Below, piece after piece: positions 10,723-20,507 of a stretch of DNA of 64,000 nt (position 1 is the stretch's first letter; every line of letters starts with the position of its first letter). The notes below the pieces were generated by a model. That model saw only the letters and a list, made by a program, of their open reading frames with translations. It did not search any database and was not told where the DNA came from. The stretch is from contig CAXXUA010000005.1 of the NCBI GenBank assembly GCA_963663765.2, positions 672,001 through 736,000 of the forward strand. Direction: 5' to 3'. The DNA is from Candidatus Poribacteria bacterium (GTDB lineage: Bacteria; Poribacteria; WGA-4E; WGA-3G). A program made the position numbers and the translations under genes.

Positions 10723-11030
10723 TATGGTGAAATATGAAAATAATTATACACTAACAGGTAGGAGCGACCTCCCGGTCGAGACCAGCAAAGCAACACTATG
10801 AATGCCTTAAGGCATTCATAGTGTTGCTCCTACAGAAGAAGTGTATTATTATACCATTTTCATGTGATAATGTCTCATTATCAGCGAAAATCTGGTAGGA
10901 GCGACCTCCCGGTCGCGACCGTTCATCGAGTTGATAGGAACGACCTCCCGGTCAAGACCAGCAAAGCAACACTATGAATGCCTTAAGGCATTCATAGTGT
11001 TGCTCCTACAGAAGAAGTGTATTATTATTT
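10723..11030. repeat. REP/MITE mosaic with a duplicated 40-bp perfect palindrome
   Basis: AGCAACACTATGAATGCCTTAAGGCATTCATAGTGTTGCT at 10789-10828 and 10965-11004, within REP doublets. Confidence 0.8.
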
Positions 11031-11055
11031 CAATAATACACCAAATATAATCCTG

Positions 11056-11462
11056 CAAGGTTATTCAGTTTCAATATTTTTGATAGTATTTTGTTATACC
11101 GTTAATATTTTTTGCCACCATCTTGTCCATGTCTTTAGTTCCGTAGGAACGACATGTTTATAGAAAATGTTTTCAACCCCAATAGTGTTCCGTAGGAACG
11201 ACATGTTTATAGAAAATGTTTTCAACCCCAATAGTGTTCCGTAGGAACGACATAGAAGAATACACATATCGCCCCTACGGGACTAAAGACATGGGGAGGG
11301 TATTCGTTATCTATAAACATATCGTCCCTACGGGACTAAAGAGCGAAATTCAGTTTTCAATAAATTAAAATTGATGCGTAAAATTCGGTTAGGAAACCGA
11401 ACCTGGGTATTAACTTTCAGTAAATCTCAAGAACAGAAAACTCTTAAAACTGAATAACCCTG
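11056..11462. mobile_element. ISAs1-type MITE with 9-bp target duplication
   Basis: TIR CAAGGTTATTCAGTTT / AAAACTGAATAACCCTG; ATAATCCTG duplicated at 11047-11055 and 11463-11471. Confidence 0.85.
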
Positions 11463-11479
11463 ATAATCCTGTCTAAAAC

Positions 11480-11508
11480 TTGACAATTCATTTCAGACAG
11501 AGTATAAT
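11480..11508 (+). promoter_or_regulatory. consensus sigma70 promoter for trpA
   Basis: TTGACA-17 nt-TATAAT, 40 nt upstream of the trpA ATG. Confidence 0.75.
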
Positions 11509-11547
11509 TGAAAAAATACAAAATTGAAAGTATAGTCATTACAAATC

Positions 11548-12351
11548 ATGAATCGAATTAACAAGAAATTCCAAGAATTGCGTCAACAAAATAGACGCGC
11601 GTTTATGCCCTACCTCTGTGCGGGTGACCCTACCCCAGAGCTAACGACAAAACTCCTTCTAACCCTTGAAGCTGCTGGTGCAGATATGATTGAGCTTGGT
11701 GTCCCATTTTCTGATCCCATTGCGGATGGACCGACGGTACAACGTGCAAGTGAACGTGCATTGAAACATCAAATATCACTGCAAGATATTATAGAACTGG
11801 TAAAATCGGTGCGCAAACAGACAGATATTCCTATCGCATTGATGAGTTACTATAATCCAATCTTTAAGATGGGTGAATCTTCATTTTGTAAGGCTGCAAA
11901 GGATGCAGGTATTGACGGTGTGATCGTCCCTGATCTACCACCAGAGGAAGCACTACCATTACTGGATGTTGCACCAGAATACGATTTCGCTACGATCTTC
12001 CTTGTTGCGCCAACGAGTCAGCAGGAAAGGATGAAAAAAATCGCATCAGTTAGCACTGGATTCATCTATTGTGTCTCATTAACTGGTGTTACAGGTGTAC
12101 GAACAAAATTGTCTGATGAGATCACACCAATGATAGAAAATCTACGTAGACATACAGATAAGCCACTCAGTGTTGGCTTTGGTGTGTCCACACCAGATCA
12201 AGCGAAACAGGTCGCAAAAGTTGCTGACGGAGTAATCGTTGGAAGTGCGATTGTCAATGTGATTGAAGAGAATATGGATGACGAAAGCAAACTTTTGCTT
12301 GCTGTTAGACAGTTTGCTTTGGACTTGGCTGCTGGAACACAAAGTGTCTAA
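11548..12351 (+). CDS. trpA: tryptophan synthase alpha subunit
   Basis: ELGVPFSDPIADGPTVQ, YCVSLTGVTG, VGFGVS, ADGVIVGSA. Confidence 0.97.
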   Translation: MNRINKKFQELRQQNRRAFMPYLCAGDPTPELTTKLLLTLEAAGADMIELGVPFSDPIADGPTVQRASERALKHQISLQDIIELVKSVRKQTDIPIALMSYYNPIFKMGESSFCKAAKDAGIDGVIVPDLPPEEALPLLDVAPEYDFATIFLVAPTSQQERMKKIASVSTGFIYCVSLTGVTGVRTKLSDEITPMIENLRRHTDKPLSVGFGVSTPDQAKQVAKVADGVIVGSAIVNVIEENMDDESKLLLAVRQFALDLAAGTQSV

Positions 12352-12467
12352 CTTCAACGTATCTCACAAATATAATTATGGTCAAATCCACCGAATAGCG
12401 AGTCCAATACATCGGTGTTAGAAACCCCTCCTACGATCTATGAGAAAAGTTATTGTAAATCTGTGAA

Positions 12468-13889
12468 CTGACATACTCCCCAAGCTAAAGCATGGGGGTT
12501 CTTAGTTCTTATATTGGAAACAGTTTGAGTTGTTTCCAAACGACTTTTCCTGCTTCCGTGTCTCGTGCCCTTTCCTGAACAGCGTTGGGTCTTATTTGCA
12601 CTCCACAGGCGTGACTTTCGGTGTGTCCCACCGTAGTTGGTTTCAAGTTTATTGCAGCGTTGACATCTCTATCTATAGACATATCACATTGACTGCAGTG
12701 ATACATTCTTTCTGAAAGTGTTAGGTCTTTCTTTTTGTGTCCACAACCGGAACAGGTTTTACTACTTGCAAAGAACATATCTGCTTCTTTAACAGGTATA
12801 CCGTGCACTTCTGCTTTTGTCTTGAGTTTTAGCAGGAAACTGCCTAATGCTGTATCTGACAATGCTTTTGCGAGGTTTCTGTTCTTCAGCATATTAGTAA
12901 CCTTGAGTGTCTCAATACCGATCGCAGATGCGAGGTTGACAATCTCTGTAGTTGCTTTATGATGTGCATCGTTTCGGATACAAGCGATACGATAGTAGAT
13001 ACGTTCTAACTTGTGTTTTTGTTTGAACCAGTTGTTAGACTTGAAAACTTTTCTACTTAATCTACGTTGTTCTCTTGCTAACTTCTTTTCATATCGTTTC
13101 AGGGGTCTTGGATTATCATATTTCGTGCCATCACTCAATGTGGCAAGTGTGTTTATGCCTACATCTATACCAATCACAGGGTGCGTTGAGTTATCAACTG
13201 CTTCGGTGTCCTCTGTTTCTATGGTGATAGATACAAACCAACGATGTGCTGTCCTTGAGATCGTCACTTTCATAATCTTACCCACAAAACGCAATGATTC
13301 AAACATGCTAATCCAACCAATCTTAGGAAGTTTGATACGCTTACCTTCAACTTCTACAGATTGATTATTTGTGGTGAATGCGTCCTTTTTGCCACGCTTC
13401 TTGAACTTCGGAAATCTCGCACGCTTACCAACCCAATTCGCAAGCGCAGCAGACAAGTTACCAAATATGCTTTTATTGGCTACAACCTGATCCATATCTT
13501 TAGTCCAAGCATGTGCTTTCTTAGCAATATTAAATCGAGTGTTTAACTTCGCAGCGGATAAGAACTCATCATTTGCCAATGCAGACTTGAAATCTGCTAA
13601 TGCATGATTATATGAAAATCTCGCATAGCCACACTGTTGTGCAAACCATTTTCGTTGATTGTTATTTGGATTCAATGCAATCTTATGTGTTTTTAGCATG
13701 ATGATATTCCAGTCCTATGGAGATGTCAGTTCCCTCTACTAAAGGTGTGTAGGTGTTAGTAGCACCTACACTGAACTGGTATAATGAGTATCTCATGGTT
13801 TAAACCAAAAATCAAGTTTTTTCTTGACACAAGCACTTAGCACGACTACATCCCACTACCTAAAGGTAGGGGTTTTGTCGTGATTCTTG
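12468..13889 (-). mobile_element. IS200/IS605-family tnpB-only element (IS1341-like), copy 1, intact, 1422 bp
   Basis: Boundaries from alignment of three copies. LE follows TTAT, with guide AAAA + hairpin CCCCTACCTTTAGGTAGTGGG. RE has guide GAAC + hairpin CCCCATGCTTTAGCTTGGGG and ends TCAG. Confidence 0.93.
12509..13699 (-). CDS. tnpB: RNA-guided endonuclease TnpB
   Basis: HTH N-terminus; RuvC GIDVG / IETL / DRDVNAAINL; CxxC..CxxC zinc finger. Confidence 0.95.
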   Translation of the reverse strand: MLKTHKIALNPNNNQRKWFAQQCGYARFSYNHALADFKSALANDEFLSAAKLNTRFNIAKKAHAWTKDMDQVVANKSIFGNLSAALANWVGKRARFPKFKKRGKKDAFTTNNQSVEVEGKRIKLPKIGWISMFESLRFVGKIMKVTISRTAHRWFVSITIETEDTEAVDNSTHPVIGIDVGINTLATLSDGTKYDNPRPLKRYEKKLAREQRRLSRKVFKSNNWFKQKHKLERIYYRIACIRNDAHHKATTEIVNLASAIGIETLKVTNMLKNRNLAKALSDTALGSFLLKLKTKAEVHGIPVKEADMFFASSKTCSGCGHKKKDLTLSERMYHCSQCDMSIDRDVNAAINLKPTTVGHTESHACGVQIRPNAVQERARDTEAGKVVWKQLKLFPI

Positions 13890-13899
13890 ATAAATCGTT

Positions 13900-14796
13900 T
13901 TACATGCCGCGCTTGATATTAAACTCTTTTTCAAATGCTTGCCATACATCCTCTGGTATCTCCACTGTAGCAGCTTCAACACCATCTTCTATTTGTGCCA
14001 AATCAGCTGGACCGAACATGACGATTCCATCTATATGTGCTGACAGACAGAACTGCATTGCTAAGTGTCGGATATTAACACCGTGCTCTTGACACCATTT
14101 CCACATATTATACGCTTTTGGCTCAGCATCAGGATTTCGTCTTTTTTCATCTTCTATGTTGGGTTCAATACCTGTTAAGCTTCCCATGCCCAAAGGACTC
14201 GCAAGAATTATACCTACATCGTGCTTTCGTGCTAAAGGCAATGTCGTTTGTGTAACAGATTGGGATAGTAATGTATAGTCCAAAAAAGTAAGTATTATGT
14301 CAATATGTCCTGTTTCAATTAGTTGTCTATGAAATTCGTGTGAACGCACACCTGCTCCGATATTTCGTACTAAACCCGCATCTTTCATTTCTAAGAGTGT
14401 ATCCAATGCGCAACCTTTTCCTAAGACACTTTCCATATCCATAGGGTCATGTATAAGCACTGCATCAAGATAGTCTGTGCGGAGTTCTTTGAGACTGTTG
14501 TTCACACTCCAACGCGTACCATCAGCAGAAAAGTCCTTACGTCGCTCAGGATGAGTACCAACTTTCGCTTGTAGGTAGACCTTTTCTCTCAGACCGTTGG
14601 AAAGTGCTTCTCCCCATAGATGTTCTGCATGTCCGGGATATGTGTCAAGATAGTTTATACCAAGTTCAATTGCTCGGTGGATTGCCCCGATGACTTCTTC
14701 GTCAGGTTTCCGCCATAGCCATGCTGCCCCTAATGCCAAAACGTTAGGACGCATTTCTGTCCGACCTAAACGACGTTTTTCTAATTTGTTAGACAT
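13900..14796 (-). CDS. aldo/keto reductase
   Basis: RRLGRT, GINYLDTY, SLKELRTDYLDAVLIHD; start placed at MSNKLEK. Confidence 0.9.
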   Translation of the reverse strand: MSNKLEKRRLGRTEMRPNVLALGAAWLWRKPDEEVIGAIHRAIELGINYLDTYPGHAEHLWGEALSNGLREKVYLQAKVGTHPERRKDFSADGTRWSVNNSLKELRTDYLDAVLIHDPMDMESVLGKGCALDTLLEMKDAGLVRNIGAGVRSHEFHRQLIETGHIDIILTFLDYTLLSQSVTQTTLPLARKHDVGIILASPLGMGSLTGIEPNIEDEKRRNPDAEPKAYNMWKWCQEHGVNIRHLAMQFCLSAHIDGIVMFGPADLAQIEDGVEAATVEIPEDVWQAFEKEFNIKRGM

Positions 14797-14818
14797 AAGT
14801 ATTTTCCATACAATACGG

Positions 14819-15418
14819 TTATAGTTCTGATAGTGTTTTTCGCAACTTATGGGTTGATGTGGATAATGATTCTTGTAGATATGGATATTGGAAACTGCCC
14901 CATCTGTCTGGCGGAGGTTCATGAGCTTGTGCTATTCTTAGGTTTACAAAAGTTGGAACATCTTGATGCCAGATTTTTGGTAGTTCGCTTTTGAGAGACC
15001 TTGTATCGTCATATTCATATACATTCTGAAAACCTGCTCCTTCAGCGATCATTTTCCAACTAAAGTTTGGATTGCGTGGTATAGGTTGATTGCCAGTAAC
15101 TTCATAAGTTCCGTTGTCACAGACAAAAAGTAGGTAGTTGTTAGGAGGTTTTTCCAAACCTGTAATTGTTGCAAGAGTACCCAAACACATCAGCATACTC
15201 CCATCACCGTTTAGGATAATAACTTTCTTGTCAGGTCTTGCAAGTGCAATTCCGAGTGCTAAGTCGGCTGCATGTCCCATTGCACTCCCAACAGATGCAT
15301 AGTCCAGAGGGTGTGTTGATATTCTTGCCCACGGTACTGCCATCCCCATCGTAGAGATGACGATTTCGTCTGTTCGTTGTGATGCAATGATTTTTAGAGA
15401 TTCTTCTTTATTTAGCAT
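14819..15418 (-). CDS. TPP-binding C-terminal-domain protein (sulfopyruvate/phosphonopyruvate decarboxylase beta-like)
   Basis: GSAMGHA and GDGSMLM...DNGTY TPP motif. Start placed at MLNKEE because the upstream codons lie in the IS end. Confidence 0.85.
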   Translation of the reverse strand: MLNKEESLKIIASQRTDEIVISTMGMAVPWARISTHPLDYASVGSAMGHAADLALGIALARPDKKVIILNGDGSMLMCLGTLATITGLEKPPNNYLLFVCDNGTYEVTGNQPIPRNPNFSWKMIAEGAGFQNVYEYDDTRSLKSELPKIWHQDVPTFVNLRIAQAHEPPPDRWGSFQYPYLQESLSTSTHKLRKTLSEL

Positions 15419-15512
15419 GGTTCTCGTCATAGTACCCACTGCCTAAAGGCAGGGGAAACCTGTGTTTCCTTGCGGACAGCCGATCTAAGCTACGTCTTAC
15501 GTCTGCTCCACT

Positions 15513-16625
15513 TTAGGCAGCTAAGCCTACCTGTTTGATATTTATTGCGGCGTTTATGTCTCTATCGTGTTCGGTTTTGCACGTAGGACATGTCCAGTGT
15601 CTATCTGCAAGTGTTAGATTGCCGTTTTTGCGTCCACAGCTGCTACAAGGTTTTGTTGTGGAATCCCATTGCCTAATTTGAACAAGTTTTTTATCATGTT
15701 TTGCACACTTGAATTCCAACAATTGAACAAACTGATAGAAAGCGAGATCACTCACTTTTCGTCCCCAGAGGCGTTTCATGCCATCTATATTGAGGGTTTC
15801 AAAGCACAAGGTATCAAAATGTCTGCAAAGGTCTGTAGCAAGTTTCCATTGCCAATCTAACCTCTGTCTTGATACTTTCCTATATTCTCTTGACAATGCA
15901 CGCTTAGCACCATACCAGTTATTAGAACCCTTGACTTTTCTACTAAAAGACTTGTTCAAAGTTCGCAACTTATTCAGTGATTGTTTCAGATATTGTGGTG
16001 ATTGTATTTTGTTTCCATCTGAGCTTGTGAGATATGTTTTCAATCCGAAATCAAAGCCAGCACTTTCACCTGTCTTTGCTATGGGTTTCGGTGTGTCAAC
16101 ATTATCACAGGAAAAACATATCCAGTAATCGCCACACTTGTCACGCTTGATAGTAATTGTTTTGATATCACCTGTTATTTCACGATGTTTATGAAAGGAA
16201 AACCACGTATCTATACAGTTGATCTTGATACGGTTCCCTTCAAGTTTATAACCTGCCTGTGTAAAGGTCATAGAGTTGTATTTGTGTTGGGGTTTGATTT
16301 TCGGTCTACCTACTTTGCGCGTTGTTTTGTCTGATACTCGTTCTTTGATATTCCGAAAGAACGCATCATACGCTTTGCCCATACGCAGCACAACGTCTTG
16401 CACAACTTGACTCGGTAAGTCTGCCCAATGAGGCTTTGTTCGCTTTTTCAACTTCGCAACATGAGCATTCATTCTATAGGCAGATACGTTTTTACCATAC
16501 ATACGGTAATATCTACGCTGCAATCGCATAATATGCACATGAATCTGGTGCATATCGTCAAGCATATTGCCTAACTTGATAGTGTTCTTTTGATTTTGTA
16601 TCTTGTATTTATAGGTTTTTTTCAT
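15513..16625 (-). CDS. tnpB: RNA-guided endonuclease TnpB (second lineage)
   Basis: GFDFG / FETL / DRDINAAINI RuvC residues; CSSC..CPTC. Confidence 0.95.
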   Translation of the reverse strand: MKKTYKYKIQNQKNTIKLGNMLDDMHQIHVHIMRLQRRYYRMYGKNVSAYRMNAHVAKLKKRTKPHWADLPSQVVQDVVLRMGKAYDAFFRNIKERVSDKTTRKVGRPKIKPQHKYNSMTFTQAGYKLEGNRIKINCIDTWFSFHKHREITGDIKTITIKRDKCGDYWICFSCDNVDTPKPIAKTGESAGFDFGLKTYLTSSDGNKIQSPQYLKQSLNKLRTLNKSFSRKVKGSNNWYGAKRALSREYRKVSRQRLDWQWKLATDLCRHFDTLCFETLNIDGMKRLWGRKVSDLAFYQFVQLLEFKCAKHDKKLVQIRQWDSTTKPCSSCGRKNGNLTLADRHWTCPTCKTEHDRDINAAINIKQVGLAA

Positions 16626-17041
16626 TGTCCGCTTTGACTTTCAATATAGTCTTTTATAACTTCAAGGGTTACACCACCACAAGAACTAACGAATTTTGAA
16701 CGCGTCCATAAAGACGGCAAGCGACTTTTCAAACTCGGATATTCTTCACGTAGAACTTTTGACGTATAACCTTTGATTTTACCGATAACTTTATCAATAG
16801 AATCTGTTGGGGGTATTTCTATCAGTAAATGGACATGTTCGGGTTGCGTTTCAACTTCCCTGATATAATACCTATATTCGTCCTGTTTTTCTTGTATAAG
16901 TTGTTTGAGTCTGCCTTGTAACTGTGCATCTAAAACTTTACGACGATACTTGGTACACCAAATTACGTGATATTGACAACTATAGATTGTCTTATTTGTT
17001 GTTCTATAATCACGTCTTTTATTTGATATTTTGAGCGGCAT
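16622..17041 (-). CDS. tnpA: IS200/IS605 HUH (Y1) transposase
   Basis: YHVIWCTKYRR, HVHLL, LWTRS, catalytic Y in DYIESQ; 4-nt overlap with tnpB. Confidence 0.96.
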   Translation of the reverse strand: MPLKISNKRRDYRTTNKTIYSCQYHVIWCTKYRRKVLDAQLQGRLKQLIQEKQDEYRYYIREVETQPEHVHLLIEIPPTDSIDKVIGKIKGYTSKVLREEYPSLKSRLPSLWTRSKFVSSCGGVTLEVIKDYIESQSGQ

Positions 17042-17236
17042 AATATATAACCTTATTATATTAGTGTATAGTATATAATATAATATATTGATTAGATTGT
17101 CAAATATATATTAGGTTGGCATATTAGCCGTCTACATCCCACAAGCTAAAGCATGGGGATTTGACGGAATAGTGTTAAGCTTACTTTAGACATACAGACT
17201 TGCGCATATTGTAGCAATCTGTTTTTGTGAGAGTAC

Positions 17237-18724
17237 CTATTCATCTTCAGTATTCTCTGGTTTGGGTACTTTAGATACTAATCCATCTTTTTCAATGATA
17301 GCAGAATGTGTAAATCGATAGGTATGACTGTTGGGTCCAGCCGCATGCCAACCGCCTTCAAAAAAACTCATTGCAACGAGATCTCTTTCTGTTTCAGGAG
17401 AATCATCTGGAAAAGGCAGTGATGAAGCCCAATTTGTATAAGTAACCGGTTCACCGCTATCCCATACCCATTCCCCTTCCTTTTCAACATCATTGAGTCC
17501 GATCCAAACTGAACCTCTAAAGAGCACCTCAAGCCAAAACTGTTCTTCTTCGTTGTTTATGGATACCAGATGTGCATCTTCTTGAATAGCTTTTTGCTGT
17601 GCATCGTACCAATTATGACAGTTTATTCTGGCATAAGCATGTCCATTTGCGGGGTTGATGATCCAGAAAATTTTTTCCGGTTTTTGAGGAACTGCTGGTC
17701 GGATCATGGGCGGAGGAACAGCTCTATTGCCAAGTAGACCTTGAACAAGATCACGAGCTTTCTCTTCATCAAACTCTTTATTATTCTTTTTGGTTTGCTT
17801 TTTCTCAACCGGGCTGCCATCCAGTTTTATAACAAGATTTTCAGGATGTTTGTCTTTTGTCAGTACAAAAGGTCCTGCTCCTCCTTTATATCCCTTATAT
17901 TCAACTGAAATTGTATAGTATCCCGGATTATCTCTATATTCTACAAAATAACCTTCAGCGTTGGTAAAGTTATTTGTTCCGTAACCTCCACCACGACTGC
18001 CGAACTCTCGAGCTTGAACTTCCATGTCAAGATCAATTTCCGCATTCGCAACGGGTTTTCCATTAGCAAACACTACTTTCGCAATGATCTTCATTCGCTT
18101 TTCTACGGTGATTACAACATCGTCAAGGTTCACATTTGGTTTCAGTCCAAACGTAAGGTTTGCAAAATGACTATGTGGTTCTTCTGAATAGAAAAAAGTA
18201 AGTTTGTTTAACTTAATAGAGACAAGTCTTATATCCGACTCACCTTTACCGAACATTAGGTGCATTGGAACAGGATTAGCTACTGGGGCATTTTCGGGTT
18301 GTTTCTCTCCTATTTCCCTGATAGGTTGAGGTATTGCTCTTATCTGAATATAACCGGGACGGATATTGGTTGCTTTAAATGAACCATCAGCTTCTGATTT
18401 CACCGTAACCGTACTTTGAGGACCTGCTTTTTGAACTAAAGGTTGTTGATTATTTTGTTGTTGGACAATCGGTCTTCTAATAGCAACTCTCACATGTGGC
18501 TGGAGATTTCCGTTTTTGATTTGCATTGATTGTATAGAAAACATTAAACCTGAGATTGGTTTACCATCCGTATCCACAACTTTTCCAGAAAGGCCACTTG
18601 TAGCATCCTTGTTGGCTATTCCTTGTCTAAGCTGTATTTTTTCTTGAGCATTTATTCCGTGAACGGCAAAAAACAGAACAAAAGCCATAGTAAGATTATA
18701 TACTAAAAAGGTTGACTGTTTCAT
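17237..18724 (-). CDS. secreted protein with carboxypeptidase-regulatory-like beta domains and C-terminal C-type lectin domain
   Basis: GKVVDTDGKPI; NPANGHAY..W.DAQ..HLVSINNEEEQFW, WIGLND, WVWDSGEPVTYTNW. Confidence 0.85.
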   Translation of the reverse strand: MKQSTFLVYNLTMAFVLFFAVHGINAQEKIQLRQGIANKDATSGLSGKVVDTDGKPISGLMFSIQSMQIKNGNLQPHVRVAIRRPIVQQQNNQQPLVQKAGPQSTVTVKSEADGSFKATNIRPGYIQIRAIPQPIREIGEKQPENAPVANPVPMHLMFGKGESDIRLVSIKLNKLTFFYSEEPHSHFANLTFGLKPNVNLDDVVITVEKRMKIIAKVVFANGKPVANAEIDLDMEVQAREFGSRGGGYGTNNFTNAEGYFVEYRDNPGYYTISVEYKGYKGGAGPFVLTKDKHPENLVIKLDGSPVEKKQTKKNNKEFDEEKARDLVQGLLGNRAVPPPMIRPAVPQKPEKIFWIINPANGHAYARINCHNWYDAQQKAIQEDAHLVSINNEEEQFWLEVLFRGSVWIGLNDVEKEGEWVWDSGEPVTYTNWASSLPFPDDSPETERDLVAMSFFEGGWHAAGPNSHTYRFTHSAIIEKDGLVSKVPKPENTEDE

Positions 18725-18742
18725 GTTAATTTCTCCTTTTTG

Positions 18743-20031
18743 TTATTCTGTAGATTTATCTGAGGTTGGTATACCGATTACCATATCTGCTTTTTCAAGA
18801 ATAGCTTTTTCAGTAAGTTTCATGACCGGACTATTGTTTCGGATTCTTTGCCATTTACCGGTCACACCGATGAGAACAGTGTATTTTCTCTTTTTGTCCT
18901 GTTCTTTATCTGTATTTTTATCAGTTTCCGTGAGGAGATTTTCGGTGTCCCAATTAGTATAGGTGAGCGGATCACCGTTATCCCAATGCTTGTCGTTCTT
19001 TTTTAAGCCATCAGTGTATCCTATCCAATAATTAGCATCACCAAAAACATGAAGCAACCATTCTTGTTCTTCTACATCATTGATTGAGACGAGATGTGCT
19101 TCTTGCTCTTTAGCTTTTTCTATTGCTTCTTCAGGAGTTTCACATTCAATTATTTTATATGCGTGTCTGTTTTCGGGGTTAATTGCCCAAACACCTTGCC
19201 GAAGACGTTTGAATGCTGCTTGTCTACGCTCAATATCAGGTTGTTTTAGAATTTGTTGTCTAACTTCTTCTGGTATTTTAGGTTCTTTAGATTTTTCTTT
19301 TAGTTTCAGAGTTAGACCTTCAAGTCGTTGTCCTTCTTCAAGCAGTATTTCCTTTGTTTTCCACGGTTTGTCCTTTATAAGTTACAGTAACAGTGTAATA
19401 CCCAGCTGAATTTACATAGCGAGTAAACTTACCTTCTGCGTCAAGTTTTTTTGTGCCACCACCACTACCCCTACCTCTACCATCTATACTTCGTCTGCTT
19501 ACCCTCAGGTTGACAGTTGCATTGCTTAGCGGTGCACCGTCAGTATCAAGTACTTGACCACTAATCTTCATACGAAGACGGACGGTTATTTTTACATCTG
19601 TAATGTCGTTTTCATCTTCAACACCAAAAGCAAATCCTTCATGCATGTGATATTGATATTGATGCATATAGAAACTAATTCCCCGCATTTCTATTAACCC
19701 GAACTTCATAGTCTGACTGGAATCCTGAAAAGAGTCTTAATCTGTTGATAGAAGGTGAAACAATATTGTTAATAGAGAAAGCACCAGTTGCATCTGTATT
19801 CGTGTGTTGAGGGGGTGGGAACACAGGTTCATTCATATTGAACTGGTCTCTGCTTGGGATGAATTTGCCTTTATATGATTCTATTGTAACCGTTACATCT
19901 GGTACTGGTTTACCATCTTCATCAACAAATTTACCAGAAAAGGTCGCTGATGAGCAGTAAGTAGATGCAGTCAGCAAAACGACTAAACATACGAGAATTG
20001 CCAGAATTGGAGTATACCGAATACGTATCAT
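18743..20031 (-). CDS. paralogous C-type lectin protein split by two +1 frameshifts
   Basis: ORFs 19675-20031, 19338-19709 and 18743-19057 join after removing one base from a GGG run (~19697) and one from an AAAA run (~19358); WIGYTD, GDPLTYTNW. Confidence 0.75.
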
Positions 20032-20136
20032 CGTAAAATCCTCCTTGTGTTAAGTTGGGTGGATAAATAGGAAAATTAACGCAATATAAGTATTATACCT
20101 TTTGAAGAATTTACTATCAACGGTAGATTTTAGAAT

Positions 20137-20444
20137 TATGGTGAATTTTGAAAATAAGTTTACATTTCTACAATTTACCATATTTGCTGTCATGACAGAA
20201 TGGTATTCATTTATTTGGTAGGAGCGACCTCCAAATCAACGGTATGAATACCATTAAGGCATTCCCCGGTCTCGACTGTATTGATACATGGTCTCCATAC
20301 GGTCGCGACCAGGAGATTGCTCCTACCAACGTAGGGAACGGTCGCGACCAGGAGATCGCTCCTACCGAATACAAAAGGGAAACAAATAGCACGTCTACCA
20401 AAGCAGTCAACTGAAAACAATGTATAATTTTCATAATTCACCAA
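20137..20444. mobile_element. TA-ended MITE with REP cargo and an inserted 36-nt micro-element
   Basis: TATGGTGAATT ... AATTCACCA ends; relatives at ~22015-22209 and 36234-36427; micro-element B at 20232-20267 (minus). Confidence 0.6.
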
Positions 20445-20507
20445 TATCAAGAAAAGGTAATTTTAGCGGTATTCAATTGTCGCATCATAGCATATTCAAT
20501 GAACTTA

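Larger units (their letters stand above)
15426..17174 (-). mobile_element. complete IS605-type element (tnpA + tnpB)
   Basis: LE follows TTAA, with guide AAAT + hairpin CCCCATGCTTTAGCTTGTGGG. RE hairpin CCCCTGCCTTTAGGCAGTGGG, probable end TGAC (less certain). Confidence 0.85.

Noticed and set aside
13778-13829. Sigma70 promoter from TATAAT and TTGACA in the element left end
   Set aside because: The hexamers are in the wrong order on both strands; at most a lone extended -10.
12509-16625. Cas12f or catalytically dead TldR-type TnpB
   Set aside because: All RuvC acidic residues are present, transposon ends are intact, and no CRISPR array is adjacent.
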